Below, piece by piece: positions 25,660 through 38,945 of a stretch of 64,000 nucleotides of DNA. The position numbers were made by a program, and so were the translations under genes. Each line of letters opens with the position of its first letter. Positions within the stretch are counted from its first letter, which is position 1. The DNA is from Isurus oxyrinchus. Lineage: Eukaryota. The DNA is taken from positions 4,588,001-4,652,000 of the forward strand of contig JANJGN010000047.1 of assembly GCA_026770705.1 (NCBI GenBank), given 5' to 3'. The notes beneath the pieces were generated by a model. That model was given only the letters and a program-made list of their open reading frames with translations, was not told where the DNA came from and did not search any database.

Positions 25660-27275
25660 GTTAATCCCTTCTACTTCACTAGTATAAATTAACGCCCCAG
25701 AATGTGCCTTTCCTGTGTCTCCTTGTTATGATGAGCAGTGTTTGTGACACTCGGATATGAAATTTGATAATCTGTATATTTGCAGCAATACATCCCCCCT
25801 CCTTTACTCGAATCTTCCAGCTACGAAGGCCGACACACCATCCGCCTCCCCCATTGACCACTGCACTAGCATGCTTACCCTCAGTGGCAGGTGCACAAGG
25901 ACCCCCATACCTCTTTGCCCACTTCCCTCACTCAATTCAAAGCCATTCAGATAACGATCTGCCCTCCCATCCCTGCGACCAGAGTGGACAAACTCACATC
26001 CGTCCCCAGCACACTGCTTCTGGCATGCAGCAGCCCACCCACTCAACCTGTCCAAATCACACCGAAGCATCTCTGCATCCTCCACACAGCTCACCCTCCC
26101 AACCAGAATCATGCCATCTGCAAATTCGGAGACACCACACCCAGCTCCTTCATCATAATCATCGACACACACCCTGAATATTTTGGATGTCAGCAACGAC
26201 CCCCGCAGCACTGCTCTATTCACTGCCTGCCATTCGGTAAAAGACCTGATCATGATTGCTCCCTAATTCTTGCCCGCCAACCAGTTTTCTGTCCGTCTCT
26301 GACTCTGTCCGATTCTGCCACTGCTTCCCAAGGGCTCACCTACCAAATATTCCAAATTCAACTCCTGAATTCTCCACACCACCGTTGTCAGCCCGACTGG
26401 TCAACAACTCCCTGCCTTCTCTCTAACTCCCCTTCCAAATTTTGCTGTTCCATTAGTTAAACTCCAACCCGCAGGAACCTTACCCGACTCTACAGAATCT
26501 TGGGATATGACCACCACTTAAAGGGCGACCTCCCCAAGTACACTGGGACGTAGACAATCAGGCCCCAGGATTCCACTCGCCCTCAATCCCATCAATCCCT
26601 CCAACACCATTTTTGTGCCCATACTGGTCCCTTACAGCTCCTCCCTTACACTCTAGACCCTGCTCTCCAACATTTCTGGCACGTCATCCACGTCCTCCTT
26701 TGTGAAGTCAGAACAAAAGTATCCATCTGGTTGGTCAGCCACCTCTTCGTTCTCAATCATAAATCACCTGTTTCTGACTCTAAGAGACCCGCTCATGTAT
26801 CCACCAACCCTTCCCTCCTCACATTCTATAGAAGCGTTAACAGTCAGTTGATATTTTCCCGCAAGTCTACTCGCACACTCCACCCTCGCCACTTAATCAA
26901 TCCCCTGGTCTTCCCCTGATGAACTCTAAAGTGCTCCCAATCCTCATGTCTTTCCCTTTTTCCCCTCCAACTTGTCTGCCGCTTCCTTGGATCCAACACT
27001 ATCCCCAATTTCCCCTGTAGGCCATGGATCAGACACCATTGCTATCTCCCCCTTGCGCCAGACATGAACAAACAAGTGTTGAAGCCACAAAGCGCCCCCC
27101 AAATATACGTCACTGCCCATCCATCGTCATCCCTCCAAACAACGTTTCCAAATCCAGCATAGGCAGGCCGCACACCAAACCATCGCAGTCTTCTCCATTA
27201 TGTTTCAGGACCCTTGTTTCAGAACAAAATACGTCACTCTCTGTCCTCATGAAAAACTCAACCATATCATAGTCA
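25660..27275 (-). mobile_element. CR1 LINE fragment with strong A->G skew on the sense strand
   Basis: VSEFADGMILVG...DLDRLSGWA...CEFVHSG (CR1 RT C-terminus); upstream LGDSNG..., SDYDMVEF (endonuclease end). Confidence 0.8.
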
Positions 27276-27284
27276 CTTAACCTC

Positions 27285-28260
27285 ACTGGTGAGGGATGAA
27301 AGTGTAGAAGGACTGGATGCCCGCCAAGGGAGATGGGTAGAGGTACCGGATGCCAGGGGTGAGTGAGGTGGCCTGGACAAGCTGGATGTCTGGCTGAGTA
27401 ATGGGAATGCAGTCTTACTATGTACCAGGCTGAGGGATGAATGTGTAGAGGGAAAATGTATGCTGTTGAGTGTCCGATGAGCAGGATAACTGCATGCCCT
27501 GTGATGGATGGAGGTGAGGAGTGACTGCCGGTCATATTGCGGGATGGAGGTGAAGAGAGATTGCTTTTCCTGGTGAAGATGAAGGGGTAGAGGTTATGAA
27601 TACCCTGTTGGTAGACGAAGGTGGAGAGGGATTGAATTTCCTCGTGAGGCATGGAAAGGTGGAAAGATTGTGTGCCCTAGAGAGGAATGTAGATGTGGAT
27701 GCGGCATTTAGGTGAAGAGGAACAAGATATCCATTGAGGGAATGTTATGCAGAGGGACTACAAGACGTGGCGACTGATGGAGTTAAAGAAAGACTGAATG
27801 TCGTTGTGAGGGATATTGGCATAGTGAAACTGGATGTCTTGTTGAACAATATATATTCAGAGGGAACAATTGTATTGCTGAGGTATGTGTGTGTAGAAGA
27901 ACTGGATGCCCTGCTGATGAATGGATTTGCAGGGGGACTGAATGTTGTCGTGATGCATGAGGCTTAGAGGGATTGGGAAACCTGGTGAAGATAGAGTTCT
28001 ATGGGGATTGGCTGTTCTGCTGAGGGAAGGATGCATCACGTTTTTATTCTTTTGTGGTATGCGGGAGTGGTGGTAAATTCAGATTTTGTTGCTGATTCCT
28101 AACTGCCCTTTAATTATAGAGTTGTAAGGAAGGGAATTCCAGGACCCTAAACCAACAACGTGGAAGGAACGGTGATACAGATGTAGTGCTATGTCCTAGT
28201 TGTTGTAGGGGAACTGGATGTCCATTGTGAAGCAGAATTAGTGAAGGCCAGGATACTAGA
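27285..28260 (+). repeat. Highly degenerate ~33-36 bp purine-rich tandem repeat
   Basis: Recurring GA(A/G)CTGGATG(T/C)C core, e.g. near 27,312, 27,345, 27,381, 27,830, 27,901, 28,213. Confidence 0.55.
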
Positions 28261-28369
28261 AATGGTTAAGCATGTTGCATATAGTCTGAAGAGAATTGTA
28301 AATGACTTTCAAAATATTAGTGATAGCAAGAATTGGGAATGATGTGTCAGACAGCTACACCATTTTTAT

Positions 28370-28820
28370 AAAGGCATTTGGGTGATGTTGCATCACTTGC
28401 TAGGCCACTATACCCTGCCCATTGCCAATTGCCCTGATATTTATGATGGGAGCCAAATTCCTGTGGTGTAGATACATTCTCTGTGCGGTTCAGTGGGATT
28501 TCCAGGAATTTTGTGCATCGGCAGTAAAAGAACGAAAATATACTTCCAAGTCCATACGGTGTGTGAGACTTGGATGGGAAATTGCAGGTAGCATCGCTTC
28601 CATGCGCCTGCTGCCCTTGTCCTTCTATGTTGGAGATCTCGTGTGTGTGGAAGTTTTGCCAAAATAATCTTATGCAGTATTTGCAGTGTATCTTTGAAAT
28701 GGTACACACTGCTACCATTGTCAAAGGGAGAGGGAATGATTTATTTAAGGCCGTAGTTGGCGGGTGGTGCAGCAGTCAAGCAGGCGACTTTGTACTGGAT
28801 GTTCTTGAGTGTCTTGAGTG
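28370..28820 (-). mobile_element. CR1/L2-group LINE 3' fragment
   Basis: Reverse complement of the family at 8.8-9.3 kb and 37.9-38.4 kb. Confidence 0.6.
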
Positions 28821-30799
28821 TTATGGGAATTCAGAAGGATGTAGAATATACTCGAGTAGACTGTGGCGTGAGGGGGAATTAGTTTCCTGTGTGCATAACT
28901 CCAGCTTCCATGGTGTCCCGTTAGTGTCTGGGGAAGGATGGCTTGATGTCAACTGTTGGTGTCTCGCTACAGGTGAAGACAGGACGAAATTCGGTTCCAC
29001 CAGCTGGAAGATTGGCAACAAACATCAAGTGCGATTATGTTTCCACCAGCCTTTCAGAGAAGGAAGAATTTTTGCCCTGAGCGTACATAGCACAGCAGGT
29101 TCACAGGGACAGAACACAGAGTGCTAGAGCTGAGGGTTTATTTAATCAATCCGGCCCATGACCCTTTCACAGACAGGAAACATGAGCACTGTTTCTCTAA
29201 CAGTCTATGTTATGTCATTATTTGAACATTTTGTCTCTATTTTGTGCTGTATTTGTTATAATGGTGGCCCTCTGCATGTGGTCATGCCTGATACAATCGC
29301 CAACCTCATGGAACTAAAATAAGAGCTGCTGGGGGAGAGTGCACGGTGAATTATTTCTCCTGAGTCAGTTAGATCTGAGCTCCAATGATGGATAACTAAG
29401 CAGTTATTTTACAAAAGTGAAGTATTGGAGACATCTTGAATTCTGAATGTTTTCCTCCCTCCAGACTCGATAACCCGAGAGTTATATGTTGTGCTGTCAA
29501 GCAACATCGTGCTGTTTTGAGCTGCTATGAGAATGCAGCTCTCTGTGTCCGACGTATGTGGCAGTCTAGAGAGAAAGCACACCAAATGGATGTAAAACAG
29601 ATATTTCATTTATTTCCCTGTTCCAACCCTTCATTTGTAAGGCATTTGGAAAGAAAAAACTATTACAAAAAGGAGCTGAAAATAAACTTTTAATGATAGT
29701 CATTGGTTCTTCAATTCTCTTGATGGGTTGTATTGTCGATACAGCGGAGTGTGCTACAGTTTAATTATATACATGAAAATGCTCGAAAAAAATCCTTTGT
29801 CCTACAATTCTGATTAGGCAGTATTTATACTTTTTAAGATAATTTATAGATTTAAGAAACGAATCTAGATGTCTCCACACAAGGTAACGTTTGCTTTTTT
29901 TTCTCAAAACATGTTTATGTCGGAAAGTTAAGCATCTTCCACATGGATATATTTATTGAAAACTTAAGGTCGTTCCCTCAGATATCACACAGTTAGTCAC
30001 ATGCGTGGGGCGTCGGATCCTCGATTTGTGGATGTATTTTACCTGAACGTTGGGTTAAAATAATATTGCTTTAGAGAGAGGGTTGCAACTATTTCCACCA
30101 TCATCGAAATGAAAGCGATGCATTTATTTTATTCTTCGGACTATTTCCAAATCAAATAGTTTTTTTTTGTTGTTTGTTGAATTGAAAATAAAAAACAGCA
30201 AATTATCATTGATAATTTCAGCATCATTAAAAGCATCGGAACAACTGCATGTAATGATATGGTAAAGACCAGAGAGGGCTTCATAGTCCCTAACTATGCG
30301 GAACAAGCTTGTAGCTGGTAATAAAGCATTACTTTCCCAGTTTAATGTATATGTTGTAAAGTTTGAGCAATACCCTCACTGCTTTCTGGGGACAGATTGG
30401 GCGGGTTGTGAATGTTTCACAGAGGACATTGCCATACATATCAGGAATGGGAGGAACCGAAAAGGCATAATCAAAAATAACCTGAGTGTTATGCACTTAG
30501 GATAAATATATTATTGGTTAATAATGGGCTGAGAGCGGGTCCATTTCCGGTGTCTGGTGTGTTTGTGTGTGTGTTTGTGCACAAGTGAGTGAGCATGTGT
30601 GTGGGTGTGGGACAGCACCATGAAGAAGTTAGAATTTATTTATTTATGAATGAAAGAGAAATGATGTTTATTTTTGCCCGGGCTGCGTTGTGCTGCTGGG
30701 AGGCAACAGACGACGTCCTGCAAAGCCTGATGTTTCATGTTGAGCACTCGACGTATTCCTGCTAGGGGTCTGAACAAATGAGAAAATCACAGCAAACAG

Positions 30800-32150
30800 C
30801 ATTAATTTTATCAATGACTAAAGCCAACCCGATCCCAATCAGTCTACTCTCCATCATCAGTAAAATCAGAAGCGACTCATGCTTAGCAATCTCCTGCTCA
30901 GTGTCGATCAGTATGGGTTCATTATTATTTTCGGCCTTGGATCAAACATGGACAACAAACCTGAACTGCCACGGTGAGGGGTCAGTGACTGCCTTTGACA
31001 TCAGGGCGTTATGTGACCGCAGCGTGGCTTCAAGTAGCCCGAGTGAAACTGGAGTCTTTGGGATCCAAGGGAATGAAAAAAAAACTTTCCGTTGCTTGGA
31101 GTAACATATAGCACACAGGAAAATGGCTGTGGCTTTTGGAGGCCATGGATCTCAGTTATAGGGCACCACTGCAGGAGTTCGTCGGATTAGTGCCCTCGGC
31201 CCAGTCATCTTCAGCTGCTTCATGAATGACCTTCTTTTCATCAGAAGGTGAGAATAGGGAATGTTCGCTGTTGATTGCACCATGATCATCACCATTCACA
31301 ACAGCTCAGGTTTTGAAATTGTCCTTGATTAAATGCAGCACAATTTTGAAAATATCCACTCTTGTGCTGACATGTGACAAGTAACATTCACTCCACAAAG
31401 GTGCCAGACAATTACCATCTCCCATAAGGGAGAATCTAACCTTGACATTTAATGGCATGGTCATCTCTGAAACCCCCGCTATCAAAATCTTGGGGCTTAC
31501 AATTGACCATCAATTGAACTGGAATAGCCAGGTAAACACTTTGACTACAAGAGCATGTCAGATTCTCGGAAGCCTGAGGTGAGCAGCTCAACTCCTGACT
31601 CCACAGAACCTGTACATAGTCGACAAGGCACAAGTCAGGAGCCTAATTGAAAACTCTTCACTTGAGTGGACGATTGCACGATTAACAACACCCAAGAAGC
31701 TCATCAACATACGGAACTAGGAACTGTGCTTGATTGCTGTCACTTCCAAAAACATTCACTCCCATCACATTGAAGAACAGTAGCATCAATGTGCACCATC
31801 TGTAGGAGGTACTGCAGAATCTCACTAACTCCCCTGTGGCAGCACCATCTGAGCGCCGGACCAGGGCCATTTAGTAGGACACGGGAATAGCATACATGAG
31901 ATCACCGACATTTGGAATGTCCCTCCAAGCCACAAGCCTTTCTGACTTGGAAATTTATTGCCTTTAATTCAGTGTCACTGGCTCAGAATGCTGGAAACCT
32001 GTGTTCAACAGCTTTGCGCGGGTACTTACAATAGAGGGGCTACAAAGCTACAAGAATGCAGCTCACCACCACCTTTGCAAAGACAATTGTGTTCGGGCAA
32101 CAAATTCTGGCCAAGCCAGTGTCGCCCATATCCAACAAATTCAAGAAATA
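30800..32150 (+). mobile_element. CR1/L2-group LINE RT + 3' end
   Basis: PISLLSIISK, AFDIRAL, SALGPVIFSCFMNDL, MFAVDCT (FADD position). Confidence 0.75.
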
Positions 32151-32657
32151 AGTGGTATCAGCTCAAGAGGAGCATACTCCTAAAAAAGCTTTGTTCAATC
32201 GCCAATATGAATGAATTTTAAAAGAGATCCAGTTCAATCCGCAAATGTGAGCTGGTGATGGAAGGAATAATCACAAGTAATCATCTACTCTGAAGTCAGT
32301 GGCGGGAGGGGCAGGAGGCAGATTTCTCCCAGAAGGAGGAGGAAAAACAATTCAGGGATGTTTCCAACGCATCCCTGAAGACACTCAGCTAACCCCGCGA
32401 CTTATCTGAGAACGCGGCTGGCCGCATCCAGCAAACACAAACGTGCATAAACTAAGTCGAGATGATGGATGGAGCGCACAACAGTTCGGACAACCTGTCT
32501 ACCCAACCATTCAAGCAGTGCATGTGCCGTTAGTGAGAGACTCCGCAGTTCATCCAATGGACTATCAGGCATTTCAGAACCGATATTAGCAGAGAATAAG
32601 AAAGTCACCAACAATACAGAGAGACAGTCTGAGAAGATAAATAAATCTCTGTCTCAC

Positions 32658-32783
32658 CCAGAGTTAAAATATCACCGCCGGCATTTTCCCGTGTGACGAA
32701 ATCATCATGAACTCGGTCCAGCAGCAAGTGATCGCCCTTAGAATCATTGTCTGTAGTCTCAGCATCGTCGTAATCACGGAAAG
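32658..32783 (-). CDS. Cytoplasmic exon 3: AFRDYDDAETTDNDSKGDHLLLDRVHDDFVTRENAGGDILTL
   Basis: CTCCCAG| acceptor, |GTGAGA donor, 126 bp in phase 1; YDDA motif. Confidence 0.75.
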
Positions 32784-33316
32784 CTGGGAGGAACAAACGA
32801 CTTTCATTGAGATTAATTGCTAACAATGAAGAGTTGGAATAACATTGAGACTTGTCAACAAAATATTCCGAGGAGAGAACAGTGGTTCTGTTGCACTAAC
32901 AGGGGAGGGCGTTTAATGTGTAGATAATTGTTGGAACATTTCGCGTCACAGTATTATTATTTTATGTTTTGATGTCACGTGTCTCACTGACCCAATGATC
33001 TCGACAGCCTGCATGCGCATTGCACGTTTCGCAGGTTACTGGGCCTTGTGATGAAACTAATAATATGATATGTACTCTAAGTTAAAGCATTTCACTCCTT
33101 TGTATTATTGAGTACAATCACATGATTTTGATATGATATTGTATCAGCCTGAAAGTATTTCAGAAGCGCTTTTGTCTAAAGTCACTGTAGTAGCTGATAT
33201 CATCGTCCGTGCAACTTAATGGTGTTTTTGTTCTTTTTAATACTTCACATTCGATTGTTGATATTACTGAGTGCGAAGAATGAAAACGAGACGGTCAGAA
33301 GTAAAACTTTACCCAC

Positions 33317-33427
33317 CCTGAGTACTGGATGAGTCCTCGTCAGGAGTTTGCGATCCAAGACTTTTGAAATCCAAAATGTGGCTGGTGTAATATTCGATAT
33401 CATTGAGCGAAACAATGGAAGCAGAAA
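33317..33427 (-). CDS. Cytoplasmic exon 2: VSASIVSLNDIEYYTSHILDFKSLGSQTPDEDSSSTQ
   Basis: TTTCTTTAACAG| acceptor, |GTGGGT donor, 111 bp, open in phase 1. Confidence 0.72.
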
Positions 33428-34469
33428 CTGTTAAAGAAAGGGGACAAAATAATTTGGTTCTTGGAGCAATTGTTTATATCATTATAGTCTCCACACGGTA
33501 AAGAAGTGTTCAGACCTTTGGAGTAGAGGTTACAATAAATAATCCCCTGCCCAAAACTCCCCTTCCCTTTCATTTTCAGAGACGTTAATTCCGCACCATT
33601 TGACGGAGGAGAAAGGAACTCATGGGCAATGGCACCAAAAAGAGACCAAGAATTTTATGATCCTTATTTTCAGCATTTTTGGATTCCTTTTGCTCATAAC
33701 ACGGTTTTCGTTCTTGTAAAGTGCTGCGAGCCTCATCATCTCCTGCTCTATATTTTATAATAATATGCGGATCAGAACCCTAAATTATACTCCAAATTCC
33801 CTCGAACTAATATTCGATCGAAGTTCAACAGAGTAATATTGTTATTCAAGGACAAATATCCAGAAATAAATTAGTGTTTGCTTTGGTTTTTTACAACCTG
33901 ATCATTCTGGATCGATTTTCTTTCTTTATTCGTTTCCCTGAACTCCTGCATTCAACGATTTTAGTATTTAATTCCGATTCATTGTTACAGATCGAAAATT
34001 AATTCTTACTTTTTATACTAGATTGAAATTCCCCATAATTATTATGTAGAGATTCATTTGCCAATCGTATGTTCTTTGTCGGAAATTTATTAATGTCTGT
34101 TTTTAAAATGCTTTCACTGCCCCCAGCCCACCACAATTTGGTCACTAGATAAATGTAGAAAAATATATCGTTTTCATCCAAAATCTAAATCATTCAGATT
34201 AATTTATAACATCAGTAATCCCAGCAGTGATGCGTTTTAAATACCCATTCCCACTTCCCTCCCCCTACATAACTACCTTGTATAACTCTCTGTTTCTTGT
34301 CTTGCAGGCAGCAGGCTACTCGTTTCCATAGGTGTCACTTGACTCCATGTAAATGTAATGAATAAGAGCAAACAGTGCTTTTCCTGATCACCATATGTCC
34401 AAAGCTGTTTGCAGCTAATGGACACTTGTGACGTATCGTCACTATTGAAATATGGGACAGGTGGCAGAC

Positions 34470-34785
34470 AATTTGTAAACAAAAATTCTTTCCACGGGCA
34501 ACCACAACAATGTACTAATTAGCAGATAATCTGACTTTGTGATTTTGTTCAAGATATACATATTTGTCAGTATACCAAGGGCATGTCTAAATTCTCCAGG
34601 AGAAGATATTTTGGTCACCACTTAAATAATGACTCTGAAAGAGAACACTGCCAAGAGCGCATCAGCTGCTCATTTCTGCACCACAGTGTCTCCTTGATAT
34701 TTCTGAGCAAGTACTGGAGTGGAACTGGATGCCAGAAGATATTGAATGAGAAGCAAATTTGACACCCACTGGGCAATAGCTGAGA
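34470..34785 (-). mobile_element. Degenerate SINE (Deu-domain/SacSINE1-like)
   Basis: Similar by eye to 44.4-44.8 kb; layout resembles a reverse-complemented tRNA-headed SINE with conserved core. Confidence 0.4.
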
Positions 34786-36158
34786 TGTAAGCACTTGTAT
34801 TATCCATCGGTATGTTAAGGGCACAGTTCCAAAAATTATTTTTCAAATCCACAGAATCTATGTCCTCACTGCTAACCTTATCTATGCTGTTACCTTTTTG
34901 AACATTTTGCTGACGTTCCTAAAGTGACAGTTCCCATTATCGAGTGTTTGCTGGCTGCTATTTTAGTCGTTTGATGCTAATTTGTACCCTTTTCCTCCTT
35001 TGTATCAATTGAATAAGTTTTTCTCCTACCAACGTTCAGGCAACGGATCTTTTGTCCCTGGACATTTTTCTTCTCCATATTTAATTGCACATTTAATTTT
35101 AGTTACCTGCCAGGATCGTGGCACTACCACCGCTTGAAATGAATTGTTTGATCACTGTAAATGTGCCTCTGCTATCTTATTTTTTTTTTCCGTAATTAAT
35201 GGATGCAAATTGTTCTGACCCATGATTTTTTTGGAAAGATTTTTTTTTTTTACTTTTTTTTAAATGAATTGTTGTCGCTCCTAATCTAATTTTCCAAAGT
35301 CATGCCCTCTTACCCCTAGTGAATACTAAAATAATGTTGTTAATTAATATTTCTGACATTTCATGAATGCCGCTCTTATTCTTTCAGTTCCTTTTTGGAA
35401 CACTGTCATGCCATATTGACCTACCCTTACTTTGTACCGTTAAATATTCTACTAATTTGCTAGACAATCCACGATCATTTCATTGACTAGTCATTATTAT
35501 CACCATAACTACATTTTTCATCTTTCTTCACGTTCTCCCTTATCCTGCATGCCACCACAATTCCTCACATCATTGTTATTCTTCCCTAACTTATCGTTAT
35601 TTCTTTTTTTGCCATGTGCTCTTGTTCCCAATGGTTTGGCCCAGTGTTTAGCATATTCCTATTAGTTATTGAAAAATGTTCTCGTGGATTCTGTTGAAAG
35701 TAGTTTGAATGTGTTTTTCTTTACATTATAGGTATTCATAATGTTGGATAAATGATACCCGAATATGATTCTCAGCCCCTGAGATCAGCGGCCCTGTAGG
35801 CTATCATAGTTGATGAGAGTGGATTGCATTTTCTGTTTTATAATCCTCTCTTTGCATAATTTTGTCAGTCGGATACCTAATGAATGCAGTGAGCAGTCCC
35901 TTGGGAAGTTGGAAACACTGATCTGATCGCTATTTTCCACCAAACGGCAAAGCACCCTTTAGGTAACACAGAATTTTGGGAAATTTGAGAAGCTCATTAC
36001 TCTTCTCACATAACAAAAGTAAGCGGAGATAGGAAACTTTCACATGAGTAAAGTGAGTGGAATGCCTGTTGGGCCCATTCATTGCCCTGACTTTTAACGG
36101 GGGTAAACGGAAAGGGAGTTCCACAGTGTGTATTGGCTTTCCAATGGAAGTTGCAAAC

Positions 36159-36266
36159 CTGAGCCACGGGTCAGAGCTGGATCCTTGACAGGTGGTATAT
36201 TTTCAATTTCTTCATAAATTGCTTGGTACAAATCAATTGGTGAAGCCCAACTGCCAGTGGCAAAAC
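36159..36266 (-). CDS. Cytoplasmic exon 1: GFATGSWASPIDLYQAIYEEIENIPPVKDPALTRGS
   Basis: CTCCATCAG| acceptor, |GTTTGC donor, 108 bp; IYEEI motif. Confidence 0.8.
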
Positions 36267-37289
36267 CTGATGGAGACAACGCGGAGGGATTAACATTTTG
36301 TTGCATTTTACTTTGCTGAATATTAAAATGTTTTCAAATAATATCACAAAACAGATGGTGAATGTGAATGCAAAAAGTCAGTGAGCTGGCTTTGAATGAT
36401 CTTTTGTTAAGTACGTTTTATTTTACAAGAGAGTGCGTATCCAAATGTGTGTGTGAGAGAGATAAAATGAGAGACAGAGAGAGAGAGACGTTATGTACAT
36501 GGGGCTGTGTCTGTGTGGGCGTGTGCATGTGTGGGTAACCGCATGGAAGCATGTTCAACTCCATCAGACTAGGGGAGATTTAATTAAGGTCGGAAAAGAC
36601 GAAATAAGGTGTTTCCGGGAGGAATCAATTTCAGCTGAAAACTCTGTCGTGAGACCCAAGGAGATTTTAGCTGAAGAGAAGCAGGGGAAAAATGATTGAT
36701 TCTGCTGAGAGCATCAGGTTGGAAAGACGAGTGAGGAGCTGACCTTTCTTTTATGTATCGCATCAACATTAAAATTAATTTGCTTTGCGCATCGAGCAGG
36801 AGTGTGATGGTTGTTCACATCAGAGTAGTTCCTTATGTCATTGTACACAATATTCAAAAATTGGTGCTGAAAATCCCATCGAAGTCTCACATCTCAAAAT
36901 TATGGATCGATTCTGGCTATGGAGATTGAGAATGGGCATCAGGTCACGGAAACTCATGGAGTGGACGGACACTGATTGGATTGACTTCGAATGACGGAAA
37001 CGTCATGACTGGGCACTAAGTCTAAAATGCTTCAAATAACCTTCAGATCTATGGCTGCAACAATTGATTGACCTTCCGATGCAGTAGCGGTGGAATCATT
37101 AGGACTGCGAATGTGGACATTCAAGTGATTCTTCAATTTAAATGACAGATTTCACTGTTTGACCAAGTACCTTGAACGAAAATTCGCGTTAAATTGCTTA
37201 ACATAAGTTTCCAACATTACAAGTGACATTCAATGGAAAAGGGCAATAAAGTGAATTCTCGCCAGTGTATGAGGCATGAAGACACCTGA

Positions 37290-38395
37290 AAAAAAAACAC
37301 TGGAGCCAATAGGATTCAGGGGGAAATTCTTCACTGCTTGAAGTCAGAGTGAGCATAGAACAAGGGAATTGTGGTTGTTGGAGGTCAATCATCTTTCAGT
37401 AGTTGGACAATAATGCAGGAGCTCCTCAGCATAGCGTGCTAGGACCAACGATCTTCACCTGTTTCATCAATGACCATGTCTTCATCTGAAGGTCATGAGT
37501 GAGGATTTCCACTGATGATGGCAAAATGTTTATTACCAGTCCCGAATCCTCAGCTACTGCAGCAGGCCATGCCCACAAGATGTCAGACATGGACCATATC
37601 CAGGCCTGGCATTCATAGTGGAGAGTAAAATTCGTGCCTCACTAGTGCCAGGAAATGACGATCTACAACAAGGTGCAATCCAACTGTCAGCCTTTGACAT
37701 TCAGTAGCATTGCCATCACTGATTCCCCCACTAACAACATCCCAGGCATTTCCATTGACCAGAAACTGAACTGGGCTTGTGATTAGAATGATGTGGTGAC
37801 AAAAGCAGGTAAGAGACAAGAAACCCTTCTGAGGAACTCAACACCAGACTAGGCAAATCCTTTCCATCGTCTGCAAGGGACAATCAGGAGTGTTCCTGAA
37901 GATTATCCACTTGCCTGTTTGAGTGCAGCTACAACAACATTCTAGAGGTTTGCCGCCATCCAGAATAAAGCTTTCCGCTTTTTTGGCACCATATCCACAA
38001 CCAATCACTCCATTCATCATCCGCTTACAGTGGCAGCAGTGTGTACTGTTTAAAAGATGCACTTGAAGAATGCAGTGAGGCTGCTTAGGTAGGACCTTCC
38101 AAAACCACATAAACAACCAAGGAGAATGACAAGCGAAGCAGAGATATGGGAAAACCACTTACTGGAAGTCACCCTCCAAGCCTGTCACTATTGTTATTTA
38201 GATATTTGTCGCCGTTCTGACACAGTCGCTGGGTCAAATCCTTAAACTCCCTCCATAAAAGTACGGTGGTGTACCTATGCAACATGGACTGCAACGGTTC
38301 AAGAAGTCATCTCATCACCACTTTCTCAAGGGCAATTTTGGATGGCCAATGAATGCAGGACTGCCAGAGAGTCTCAAATATCATTCATGAATTGA
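37290..38395 (+). mobile_element. CR1/L2-group LINE fragment (intronic)
   Basis: GAPQHSVLGPTIFTCFIND; 3' end homologous to 31.6-32.1 kb. Confidence 0.72.
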
Positions 38396-38454
38396 AATAA
38401 AAAATAAAAATATCCGAGATTTAATGTGAAGTGAGTGGTAATGTTTGTCCTCAC

Positions 38455-38570
38455 CTTTCCTTGATGATTGCCTCCGCATTACCACAATTAATAGGATGAA
38501 CTCACAGATCAACAGGATACCGATTGTTATACCAATCACAAGAGGGATGGAAGTGATATTGTCTTATGGC
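38455..38570 (-). CDS. Transmembrane exon: (DN)ITSIPLVIGITIGILLICEFILLIVVMRRQSSRK
   Basis: Hydrophobic stretch followed by RRQSSRK, |GTGAGG donor. The first AG gives 116 bp (out of frame); a second AG (exon start 38,562) gives an in-frame 108 bp. Confidence 0.82.
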
Positions 38571-38755
38571 CTTAATGAAATGTTAAAGAAAGATTCAACT
38601 AGGACACAGGTTGCTTTGTATTGTTAAACGGTCCAACATTCTGAAACACTAAGATTAACCTCAGAATTTCTTTATAAAAACAAGCAAATGTCAATTATAT
38701 CAGATCATTCTGAACATTAGCCTTGACAGGAATACTCATTATTCATAAGACCAAC

Positions 38756-38797
38756 CTACGGGTTTGGATGGAAAAGCAGCCGATGACAACTCTGGAC
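38756..38797 (-). CDS. Juxtamembrane linker micro-exon: GPELSSAAFPSKPV
   Basis: CCCATAG| ... |GTTGGT, 42 bp, phase 1-1. Confidence 0.55.
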   Translation of the reverse strand, partial: VQSCHRLLFHPNP

Positions 38798-38945
38798 CTA
38801 TGGGTTATTATACAAAAAATATAGAACTTTAACTTAGAAAGTCATCTCTTTTTCATCATTTACGAATTCATGAGACGTATTCAGCAAACAATCACCAACC
38901 GCCAATCTCCCGGCCCCTACTCGCACCATTCTGCACTACCCTTAC

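Noticed and set aside
28920-30717. Candidate terminal exons of the SRCR gene (30,668-30,717 GRRLLPPSSTTQPGQK*; ~28,921-29,003 AGGTEFRPVF...RH*; or read-through to the stop at 32,605)
   Set aside because: Several equally plausible options; cannot be chosen without transcript data.
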